Positions 43,581-52,324 of a DNA stretch of 64,000 bases are shown piece after piece. Made by a program: the position numbers and the translations under genes. This stretch comes from an uncultured archaeon (GTDB lineage Archaea; Thermoplasmatota; E2; DHVEG-1), in NCBI GenBank assembly GCA_902384685.1, contig CABMCU010000108.1, forward strand, positions 2,344-66,343. Reading direction: 5' to 3'. The notes under the pieces are model-generated. The model saw nothing but the letters and a program-made list of their open reading frames with translations, was not told where the DNA came from and did no database searches. Each line of letters opens with the position of its first letter. Position 1 is the first letter of the stretch.

Positions 43581-44486
43581 GCGATTCACGTATCGTTTGA
43601 TCCGTGGAATTGTCTGAATCAAATGAACCTTTTTTGTATCTTCTGATGTTTTAAAATCCCGCAGCATCCAAAACACATGATCTGCTACCTCAACAGGTGA
43701 TTGCCTGTTTTCGTACTGCTCATACAATTCGATGAATCGGAGAATCTGCTGTTTGATATCGACCGGTTTTTCATGAAATACCCAGGGGCAATGTTGTGAT
43801 TCTCTTCCGATCATGACCAAGTCACATCCGGTTTTTTGTAAGAGTGCAAGACCATCTCTATAAGTTTTAACGTCACCGTTTGCGATGACCAGAATATGGA
43901 GTTTTTCCTTGACTTGTTTCATAATAGTCCAGTTGACTTTCCCTGCGTATCCTTGATCTACCGTGCGACCATGAATGCTGAGTGCGCTAACGCCAGCGTT
44001 TTCTAACAGCTGTCCGACGGTGACGCCGTTGATATGCTGATTGTCCCATCCGATACGAATTTTTGCGGTTATGGGTTTTTCGGTTGCCTTTACCATTGCT
44101 CTAACGATACTCTCTAGTTTTGGGAGGTCTTTTAAGAGTGCTGCGCCACATCCTTTCTGCAGGTAATCTTCTTCGATACATCCGACATTTAGATCGATGA
44201 TATCAGCGAATTCTTCAACTGCTTGAATCGCTTTGACAAGAACATTTTTTTCACTACTAATGAGTTGAACAGTCACAGGTCGTTCGGCGTCTTGGATGTT
44301 CAGGAACTGTTTTACTTTTTCTGATGTTTTTTCGCTAATGATGTCTGCATCGATCATTTGTGTATATATCAGCCCAGCGCCATTTTCTTTGCACAGCATT
44401 CGAAACGCGGTACAACTAATACCAGCTAAGGGTGCGAGCACAAAACGATTCGGTATCTCAACGGTTCCGATTTTCATAGGGCACAA
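43563..44486 (-). CDS. dus: tRNA-dihydrouridine synthase
   Basis: TIM-barrel Dus motifs (LAPLAGISCTAFR, DLNVGCIEEDY, catalytic Cys region). 307 aa. Confidence 0.8.
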   Translation of the reverse strand: MCPMKIGTVEIPNRFVLAPLAGISCTAFRMLCKENGAGLIYTQMIDADIISEKTSEKVKQFLNIQDAERPVTVQLISSEKNVLVKAIQAVEEFADIIDLNVGCIEEDYLQKGCGAALLKDLPKLESIVRAMVKATEKPITAKIRIGWDNQHINGVTVGQLLENAGVSALSIHGRTVDQGYAGKVNWTIMKQVKEKLHILVIANGDVKTYRDGLALLQKTGCDLVMIGRESQHCPWVFHEKPVDIKQQILRFIELYEQYENRQSPVEVADHVFWMLRDFKTSEDTKKVHLIQTIPRIKRYVNRLQQEQ

Positions 44487-44497
44487 GGAAGAAGGTT

Positions 44498-45529
44498 TTA
44501 ATGATAGTGTAATCTGAGATGTGGTACTTCAACACCGGTTCCTTTTTTGACAGTTCCAACACGTTTGACAGTGGCGTCGGAGTAGTTTTGAAGAATCTTG
44601 ATTGTTTCCTCGACGTCTTCATTCGCGACAATGACAGCAAATCCCATTCCCATATTAAAGATCTGATACATCTCATAATTATCGATATTCCCGAAATCCT
44701 GTAGGAAGGTGAAAATCGGTTGAGGATCTAAGGGGTCATCCACGACATATTTTACTTTCTCTTTTAATCGCGGAATGTTCCATAATCCGCTTCCAGTAAT
44801 ATGAGCAAGACCATGCACGTCAATTTTTTTGAATAATTGGATAATTTCTTTCACATAGATTCTGGTTGGCGTTAACATGATTTCCCCGATGGTTTTTCTT
44901 GGGTACAACTCATCAGGGAACTCATCTGTGTAAGAGAATTCAGCTTCTTCGACTACTCTTCGAGCAAGTGTATAGCCATTGGAGTGAATCCCGCTGCTAC
45001 TCAATCCAATAATAGCATCACCCGGGTGAATCTCATCTCCAAGGATGATCTGGTTCTTCTTCACATACGCGAGGCAGGTACCCGCGAGGTCAAAGCCGTT
45101 GATGAGTTCTGGAAGGTCTGCGGTCTCTCCGCCGACAATCGAAATATTGGATAGTTTCGCGCCTTTTTCAAGGCCTTTCCCAATTTCTTTAGTAATTTTT
45201 GGATTGGGGTTATCCATAGCCAAGTAATCGACAAACGCGAGCGGTTCCGCGCCGACACATAAAGCATCGTTGACATTCATTGCGATGCAATCAATCCCGA
45301 TTGTATCATATTTCTTCAACGCTTCTGCTATTCTCACTTTAGTTCCGACGCCATCTGTGCATAGGACAAGTGCGTAATCGCCAAACTCGATAAGCCCTGC
45401 GTAGTGTCCCCCCATAGGTTTACCAATGGTACCTTTTCTTTTTGTGATGATGCTAGACAGGAGCTGTTTAATTGCTTCTTCTTTTTCTTCGATGTCAACA
45501 CCACTATTTTTATAGGTCATTTTCTTCAA
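44498..45529 (-). CDS. purM: Phosphoribosylformylglycinamidine cyclo-ligase (AIR synthetase)
   Basis: YKNSGVDIEE...GGETADLPEL and overall PurM layout. 343 aa. Confidence 0.9.
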   Translation of the reverse strand: MKKMTYKNSGVDIEEKEEAIKQLLSSIITKRKGTIGKPMGGHYAGLIEFGDYALVLCTDGVGTKVRIAEALKKYDTIGIDCIAMNVNDALCVGAEPLAFVDYLAMDNPNPKITKEIGKGLEKGAKLSNISIVGGETADLPELINGFDLAGTCLAYVKKNQIILGDEIHPGDAIIGLSSSGIHSNGYTLARRVVEEAEFSYTDEFPDELYPRKTIGEIMLTPTRIYVKEIIQLFKKIDVHGLAHITGSGLWNIPRLKEKVKYVVDDPLDPQPIFTFLQDFGNIDNYEMYQIFNMGMGFAVIVANEDVEETIKILQNYSDATVKRVGTVKKGTGVEVPHLRLHYH

Positions 45530-45866
45530 GAAGTATCGCCTCGGTTTTCCTTGTATTGCGAAACTCTCTGGCTGTGATAAACTTTTTTACACCTTTTTAT
45601 TGGTGCAGATAAATTATCCATATCGTTTATCACCCAAATCACATGGTCCTAACTCTTTATATCTTTTGTTTGACGTTAAAAAGGATCCATAGGTTCAAAT
45701 CCCTTCCTCTGCCCTATTATTTTTTATACAGAGTACCATAACTCCTGAGTTCTATGTCCGCTCACATATTAAATTAGGTGGGGAATATGACCTATGCGCA
45801 GTTATCCCTTCGGCTGCTCTCTGAACCTTTTTTATCCTGTAAAAATTTGAAACACATGAAATTTGA

Positions 45867-46262
45867 TTATAAAAAAATAGAGATTGTACAATTCAGAATT
45901 TTCATTGACTCATCCATGAGATCTTTCTCATCAATAACTTTTATAGAGGTACTGCTAGTTGCTTCAGCTACTATTCTTTTTGCATACGGTAATGTTTCTT
46001 TTGAGGCTAAGAGTAAAATTGGTATGCGATGAACAACCCCTGGTGTTAAGAATTCTTTCAATGATTTGGTCATATTCGGGAGTGGAGATACTTTATGTAA
46101 ATATCCAACAATAAGGTCGACTTTGTCTGCTATCGAAATAAAGGCGATATTTTTTCCGTGGTTATCAATATCGTTTCCTATCGGCAGCGTTCTGTACCCC
46201 ATACTTACGAGTTTTGTTAAAAACTCTGAGTCAGTTCCTTCCAAATAACCAACAGTTTTCAT
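45867..46262 (-). CDS. Hypothetical protein
   Basis: 131-aa ORF, no recognisable motif. Confidence 0.3.
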   Translation of the reverse strand: MKTVGYLEGTDSEFLTKLVSMGYRTLPIGNDIDNHGKNIAFISIADKVDLIVGYLHKVSPLPNMTKSLKEFLTPGVVHRIPILLLASKETLPYAKRIVAEATSSTSIKVIDEKDLMDESMKILNCTISIFL

Positions 46263-46942
46263 TCTTTTTTTCCTCCTACATTTTATGTTGCTCTTTATTC
46301 ATTTATAATATGGACTAATTTGATATTATTACATTCCCAACAAGTTCTCATTCTTCTATCGGGGATTGGGCAATCTGAACAAATTTCGTCCATGAAATAC
46401 TATAGTGTAAAAAATAATAATATATCTATTCTTGAAAAATTCATTCAATTGATCGTTATTCTATGAAAAAAAGGTTATTTGTTCAATAATTTACCAGAAA
46501 AGAGCGTAAAAACATTTCAAGTGATAAGCCATTCAGATATATAGATGAATTAGACGATAAAACCTTAGGAAAATTAAACGAGACAAATATGAGTTGAAAT
46601 CTCCCTCCCACTCTTGTTTTATTGAGAGATTAAAGATTACACTTTAAAATAAGAAAGAGATTTGAACTTGAAGTTTAAGTCTATTCCCCTGCACTTTACC
46701 CTCCCTTTTGGAGGGAACCGTAACCCCGGGGGTGTGTTCCCGCCCCCAACATTTCATTATTAATTTAACAGATACACAACCATAATTTTTACTGGTAAAA
46801 TGAAGCACGAATCTCCCTCCCCACGCTATCAATCTTAATTAATTTACCAGTAAATTCGTGTTCCCTTCTCGACGAGATTGTATAAATAAAGTTAAATTGT
46901 TTAATATTTCTGCATAAGCTTTTTTATGTTGTTTAGGTTGTC

Positions 46943-47935
46943 ATGGTTGTGAAGAGATTAGCGGATCTCGGGGAACGAGCAGCGATTCGGCGTATTGCAG
47001 AGATTCTTACCAAAGGAACAAATAGTAAGGGGATTGGTGATGACTGCGCTACGATTGATCTTGGAAAAGAATATTTGCTGGTCACTACTGATATGATGTA
47101 TCAACAAACCCATATTCCTGCCCAGATGACGCCGTATCAAATAGGGTGGTTCCTTGTAGCGATTAACCTTTCTGATATTGCAGCAAAAGGAGGAATCCCG
47201 CTTGGTCTTGTCCTTTCGTTTGGTCTTCCGAAAAAAATCTCTGAGCTTTTTTTCAAAGAGCTTATCAAAGGAGCAGATGCATGCGCAGTTGCTTTTGGAA
47301 CAACGATCGTCGGGGGCGACACGAAGGAGACGCAGGAGATTACGTTATGTGGGACCGCGTTTGGTACAGTTAAAAAAGACCTGTTTATGTCACGAACTGG
47401 TGCACATCCCGGTGATGTCGTCGCGGTGACAGGAACATTGGGTAAAGCTGGTGCTGGGTATTATGCGTTGAAATATCGTGATTCTGAAAAAAAGCTTTTT
47501 AAAGCATTTTTAGAACCTGTTCCTAAACTAAAGGAAGGTCAACTGCTGGCGAAGCAGCGTTCTGTGACGTCATCAATGGATATATCTGATGGGTTATCCG
47601 CTTCTTTATACCAGCTTCAGGAAATCAATAACGTAGGATTTGAAATCAAGAAGAATGCTCTCCCGCTTGCCTCAGAACTGTGCTTCTTTATAGATAAAAA
47701 TCATGGTATTGATCCATACTCAATCGCATTGCATTTCGGTGGGGATTATGAACTCCTGGTAACGATGTCTGTTGAAGCAGTAGAAAAAGCTCAAAAATCG
47801 TTAAAGACACGTGGTGTTAATTTGACCGTAATTGGGACAGTTACAAAGAAAAAAAATATTGTTCTGTTGAATGGTAAGAACAAGCGGATTTTAGAGAATA
47901 AAGGATACGAACACTTCAAAAAACATAATTTTTAA
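46943..47935 (+). CDS. thiL: Thiamine-monophosphate kinase
   Basis: IGDDCATI, AINLSDIAAKG, GGDTKE, TGAHPGD, SMDISDGL, GGDYELL match ThiL blocks. Confidence 0.8.
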   Translation: MVVKRLADLGERAAIRRIAEILTKGTNSKGIGDDCATIDLGKEYLLVTTDMMYQQTHIPAQMTPYQIGWFLVAINLSDIAAKGGIPLGLVLSFGLPKKISELFFKELIKGADACAVAFGTTIVGGDTKETQEITLCGTAFGTVKKDLFMSRTGAHPGDVVAVTGTLGKAGAGYYALKYRDSEKKLFKAFLEPVPKLKEGQLLAKQRSVTSSMDISDGLSASLYQLQEINNVGFEIKKNALPLASELCFFIDKNHGIDPYSIALHFGGDYELLVTMSVEAVEKAQKSLKTRGVNLTVIGTVTKKKNIVLLNGKNKRILENKGYEHFKKHNF

Positions 47936-48008
47936 GAGAAGAAATCAGGTAAGAACTGTTCAACAAAGATTTTAAAGGGGTAGAGAGAAACATACTGTAC
48001 TGAGAAGA

Positions 48009-49319
48009 ATGAAATACAAATGGATTGTCGCTCTTACCGTTATAGTTGTTATTACATTACTTGTGGGAGTGTTCTCAGGGTTTTTTGGCCAGAATTTTAA
48101 TCTTGGTCTAATAAACCAAAAGCCGATCGTCACCATTACCTATCCATCTGATGGAACAACGATTGCACGACTGGTGATGATTAGTGGTACGGCAAGCGAT
48201 CTTGATTTAGGGGATAATATCAGTAGCGTTGAAGTAAAAATCGGCGAGAATGACTGGGCTACTGCAACGGGGACGACACTCTGGAGTTATGATTGGGCTA
48301 CATATACAGCCCAGAACGGGAGATATACAATTAGCGCACGCTCCTATGATGGAAAAGATTACTCTGAGATACAATCAATCACCCTCACTGTTAATAACCC
48401 AACGTCTGTTGCCTCTGGTTCGCACAAATGGGCGATTTTTATTGCAGCTGCAAACTTCCCTAAAGAAAATGATACGAAACTTGGAAACGGTGGTTTGTAT
48501 CTTGCGGAGGACATGGCAGCGTATCTTATTGAGCACGATCAATTTCCAACTTCAAATATTATGATTCTTTTTGATGACGGCTGGATTCGAAGTGAAAATG
48601 GCTATGGAACAAAACAAAAAACACTGCAGGAGCGAACCCATGATTACGACATTACCTATGGGGGTGCGACAAAAGCAAATGTCCTTGCCTCCTTGGAATA
48701 TCTGATAAATGAGTCAAATAAATACCCTGATAGTGAAGTATTTCTCTGGATTTTCAGTCATGGTGTAGGAGATCAAAATCAATCATTCACTGGAGGAAAA
48801 ATTCTCCAAAGCAGTGAAATATTCCTCTGGGATCACACAATGACCGATAAAGAACTTGGGGATATCCTCGCTCCATTGGACTCTAATAAAACAACTATCA
48901 TTGTTGACGCGTGTTATGCAGGTGGATTTGCTGACCGAACCATTTTCAACTTTCGTACTTCGTTATTCTATCGATCTGGAATTCCCCAAAATGGACGAAT
49001 AGTCATCGCAGGGACTAGTAAGTTCCGGACTGGATACGCAAGCACGACCCAAGGGCCGATATTCTCCATTTTATGGTTTGAAGGGTTTACTAGCGGGAAA
49101 GCAGACGGTTTCAGACCAGGACTATTTGATCGAGGAATACCACGAAATCTGAAGATGTTTAAAGATGGGAAAGTGTCCGTCGAAGAAGCATTCTATTATG
49201 CCCGTTATCAACTTCGTACCAATGAGAAATATCAGGATTTTAAATCCATGCAGCCACAGATCAACGATGAATATCCATTCCATGGCATTCTTCGGAGCAG
49301 AGGAGAACTTCTACTGTAA
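48009..49319 (+). CDS. Membrane-anchored clan CD (caspase/legumain-like) cysteine peptidase with N-terminal Ig-like domain
   Basis: N-terminal TM helix. Ig-like TITYPSDGTTI...ISGTASD. Putative His/Cys dyad in IFSHGVGD and IIVDACYAGGF. Confidence 0.5.
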   Translation: MKYKWIVALTVIVVITLLVGVFSGFFGQNFNLGLINQKPIVTITYPSDGTTIARLVMISGTASDLDLGDNISSVEVKIGENDWATATGTTLWSYDWATYTAQNGRYTISARSYDGKDYSEIQSITLTVNNPTSVASGSHKWAIFIAAANFPKENDTKLGNGGLYLAEDMAAYLIEHDQFPTSNIMILFDDGWIRSENGYGTKQKTLQERTHDYDITYGGATKANVLASLEYLINESNKYPDSEVFLWIFSHGVGDQNQSFTGGKILQSSEIFLWDHTMTDKELGDILAPLDSNKTTIIVDACYAGGFADRTIFNFRTSLFYRSGIPQNGRIVIAGTSKFRTGYASTTQGPIFSILWFEGFTSGKADGFRPGLFDRGIPRNLKMFKDGKVSVEEAFYYARYQLRTNEKYQDFKSMQPQINDEYPFHGILRSRGELLL

Positions 49320-49356
49320 AAACATTAATAAAGCCTCAATCATTGAAAACCCTAAA

Positions 49357-50367
49357 ATGAAAAAAGAGGCAATGTTTTGGAAAGCAACTAAGAATGAAAT
49401 GGTGCAGTGTTTACTGTGCCCGCATCATTGTAGTATAGCTCATGAAAAACGTGGGATTTGTGGTGTGCGAAAAAACGAGCACGGAAAATTATTTACCCTT
49501 ATCTACGGAGCATGCTCTTCGATTGCTGATGATCCAATCGAAAAAAAGCCACTGTATCATTTTTATCCAGGATCTCTTGTTTTTTCTTTAGGCTCAGTCG
49601 GGTGTACATTCAGATGTGATCATTGTCAAAACTATTCTATTTCGATGGCACGTCCTGAGGGGTTATCGCTGCAGGAAATTCCCCCGGAAAAAATCAGTGA
49701 AATTGCATATGATCATGGCTGTAGAGGTGTTGCCTGGACATACAACGAGCCAACAATCTGGTATGAGTACACGTTTGATGCTGCGAAGTTGGTGAAGAAC
49801 GCTGGTCTTTATACCGTCTATGTTACTAACGGGTATATTGAGAAAGAACCACTAGAAAAGATTGCCCCGTATTTGGATGCAATGAATATCGACGTCAAAG
49901 CATTCCATGATGAGTTTTATAGAACGGTCTGTAAAGCCAAGTTAGCACCAGTTCTTCAGACTTGTGAGCAAGCGAAAAAACTAGGAATACACATTGAATT
50001 AACCTACCTGGTAATCCCTGGTTTCAATGATGCTGCTCAGGAAATCAAAGAGTTTTGCCAATGGATTGGAGAAAAAATTGGAACAGATACGCCAGTGCAT
50101 TTCTCTCGATTCCATCCGGATTATAAGATGAAAGCCGCCCAGGCTACCCCCATTAACACTCTTCTCAATTGCTATTCTATAGCAAAGGATACTGGTCTTC
50201 AGTTCGTCTATCTTGGGAATATTGCTCATGGTGATTACGATAATACTTACTGTCCCTCCTGTAAAAATCTTTTAATCGAGCGATACGGGTTTTCCACCCA
50301 GATAAAAGGTCTGACAAAAGAAAAATGCAACAAATGCGGTGCTACTATACCCCTAAAAATAGTGTAG
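49357..50367 (+). CDS. AmmeMemoRadiSam-system radical SAM enzyme
   Basis: N-terminal CLLCPHHCSI...GICGVR motif, then radical SAM cluster GCTFRCDHCQN (CxxxCxxC). Start moved to ATG 49357 (the ORF-track start overlaps the upstream gene). Confidence 0.7.
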   Translation: MKKEAMFWKATKNEMVQCLLCPHHCSIAHEKRGICGVRKNEHGKLFTLIYGACSSIADDPIEKKPLYHFYPGSLVFSLGSVGCTFRCDHCQNYSISMARPEGLSLQEIPPEKISEIAYDHGCRGVAWTYNEPTIWYEYTFDAAKLVKNAGLYTVYVTNGYIEKEPLEKIAPYLDAMNIDVKAFHDEFYRTVCKAKLAPVLQTCEQAKKLGIHIELTYLVIPGFNDAAQEIKEFCQWIGEKIGTDTPVHFSRFHPDYKMKAAQATPINTLLNCYSIAKDTGLQFVYLGNIAHGDYDNTYCPSCKNLLIERYGFSTQIKGLTKEKCNKCGATIPLKIV

Positions 50368-50502
50368 TTTGTCTCTTTTTTCCCTTCTGTTGAATTAATA
50401 CATATCGAATTATATAAATTGAGGAAAAATTTAATAAAGGTAGAAGCATACTTATCTATATATAAAAATAAATACGTCTTAAAAATATATACAGGTGACT
50501 CT

Positions 50503-51261
50503 ATGAAAAAGAATGATAAAATAGTCATCATTGTCGCAGTTATAATTCTTGTTTTTGCAGGGGTGGGCGTTGCGATGTATCAATCACCGCAGACCACAAG
50601 CAATATCTCTTCAATAATAACGAGTAAAAGTTATGATGTTAGCTGGACGTTACGGAACGGTTCACTGAGTACAATTTCTGAGTTTGCAGGAAAGAAATCC
50701 CCGTACCAAGGGACGATTATGATTCCTGAGAAAAACGTGAAGAGTATCACGTTTAACCTCAGCTGGACCGATGATCACATGACATTCATGAAACGAATGG
50801 GATTAGACAGTTTGACCTTAGAAGTAACAATGCCCAATGACACTTATTATTTTACAGAAACTAATAAAAGTGCACCAATCACTGGAGAAGGAACTATCTC
50901 TTCCACTATCGTTAACGGAATTATCCCCCCTAGCACACCAATTGAAGCAGACAATGAGCAAGATGCACAAACCAAACTCAAAGAGAAAACCTATAACGAT
51001 GACTCCTGGACTGAGAAAGAAATTACAATCAATGTCAGCGTACAAATAGGTGAAATCCGTATCTTGAAAAAAATGCGAGACAAGGGAAATAACTTTGATT
51101 TAGAAATTACCTATCAGTACTATGAAGGAGTCCTCAAAGAGGATATGAACAAAAACACGGGGGAAGACAACAACTTATCACCTGAGGATCCTTGGGCTCA
51201 GCAAGTGGTACCTCCGTACATATCAATGATCGTTAACACCGGTTGCGGTAGATACGTTTAA
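50503..51261 (+). CDS. Membrane-anchored hypothetical protein
   Basis: N-terminal TM helix (KIVIIVAVIILVFAGVGVAM). Remainder hydrophilic, Asn/Thr/Ser-rich. No known motif. Confidence 0.4.
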   Translation: MKKNDKIVIIVAVIILVFAGVGVAMYQSPQTTSNISSIITSKSYDVSWTLRNGSLSTISEFAGKKSPYQGTIMIPEKNVKSITFNLSWTDDHMTFMKRMGLDSLTLEVTMPNDTYYFTETNKSAPITGEGTISSTIVNGIIPPSTPIEADNEQDAQTKLKEKTYNDDSWTEKEITINVSVQIGEIRILKKMRDKGNNFDLEITYQYYEGVLKEDMNKNTGEDNNLSPEDPWAQQVVPPYISMIVNTGCGRYV

Positions 51262-51267
51262 AATGTA

Positions 51268-52320
51268 TTAATATTTGAAACGGAGCCGTGCCGCAATTCC
51301 TCCTATTCCCTCAAATTTTTTTCCAGCCTCATGTAGGGTGTTAATGATGATAAAATCACTATGTGTTCTTCTAGCGGAATCTAATAAACGTTCTCCGTTT
51401 TTGCTACGAACCATCACGTCCGAAATAAGCAGCATTTCCACAGCACCTCGTGACAACGCATCTTCCACTTCGTTCAAGCCGTAGGTCACCCGCCCGTCTT
51501 TTTTGATCTCTTCAAAGAGCTTCTCAATTGCTTGTGTCTCTTTTGATACCCGGTTTTCTTTTGTGATTTGTTCTACGATTCCAACCTTGAGCGCTTCATG
51601 TACACCGTTCATACCAGCGTTCGCGGTCGCATGGGTAAGACAGTTCTCAAATAGTACAGGTTCTTTTTCCTTTCCTACTTTCATCAAATGCTCCCGCGTA
51701 AACCCAGGACCAATTATTACAAGCGGAGAATCAGATTTTTTTACAGTTTTTACTACAGAAAGAATTTCACCGTAATACTCCGATGTCGTTTCTTTACTTT
51801 CATACATCTTGCCGGATCGATGCGCGTCTATCTCGGCGACGAGTTGTACGCCACTCTGAAATAGCATCGCCACTGTCGCAGCATCATCATCAAGAGATAC
51901 AAACACCAGCATTGGTTGTGTCCGTTGAAGCACTGCCTCATCAATCCGCTGGAGCTGATAAGCTTTCCAGTGTTCTTTTAAAATCGATAGAGGTTGCATC
52001 TCTTCCGCATCGACATTAAATGTGTGATAAGAACCGAGATCCTGCGGTCCCTCCTCAATAATACCTTGCACACGGAGCCTATTTGAAAACTCATGAAAGG
52101 TAACTTTTTCAACACGGATTCCCAGTTTCATTTTTTTCTTCTCTGCTTTTTTAGCCCGAAGCTTATCTGCTTTTTCATCCTCAGAGGTCCGGAATGTCAC
52201 CGCACGAACCAGATCCCCCTCTTCAATGATATTATATAAATGCCAGATGTCATCAAGGTTCTCTGGCACCAGTTTGATTTCGCCACTCTTCGGGTCTTTA
52301 AAGATAACCTTCACAGACAT
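51268..52320 (-). CDS. pelA: mRNA surveillance protein Pelota (Dom34 homologue)
   Basis: DIWHLYNIIEEGDLV N-domain signature, eRF1-like domains 2/3. 350 aa. Confidence 0.85.
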   Translation of the reverse strand: MSVKVIFKDPKSGEIKLVPENLDDIWHLYNIIEEGDLVRAVTFRTSEDEKADKLRAKKAEKKKMKLGIRVEKVTFHEFSNRLRVQGIIEEGPQDLGSYHTFNVDAEEMQPLSILKEHWKAYQLQRIDEAVLQRTQPMLVFVSLDDDAATVAMLFQSGVQLVAEIDAHRSGKMYESKETTSEYYGEILSVVKTVKKSDSPLVIIGPGFTREHLMKVGKEKEPVLFENCLTHATANAGMNGVHEALKVGIVEQITKENRVSKETQAIEKLFEEIKKDGRVTYGLNEVEDALSRGAVEMLLISDVMVRSKNGERLLDSARRTHSDFIIINTLHEAGKKFEGIGGIAARLRFKY

Positions 52321-52324
52321 TCAC

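Noticed and set aside
46650-46700. tRNA-like 12-mer GAGATTTGAACT plus CCCCTGCA resembling pieces of the tRNA-Leu gene
   Set aside because: The two pieces are in the wrong relative orientation and order to be a tRNA or a tRNA 3' fragment, and no cloverleaf can be drawn. Treated as chance similarity.
46644-46832. 62-aa minus-strand ORF inside the GC-rich intergenic region upstream of thiL
   Set aside because: It lies wholly within a region dominated by inverted repeats and a GC-rich hairpin. Its composition (W/G/R-rich, e.g. MIAWGGRFVLHF...) reflects the GC-rich DNA and no start context is present. A structured RNA is more likely than a protein.
46263-46942. TPP riboswitch upstream of thiL
   Set aside because: I searched both strands for the conserved CUGAGA and CCUGAUCUGGAUAAUGCCAGCG cores and found neither. 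The structured element is reported as an unknown ncRNA candidate instead.
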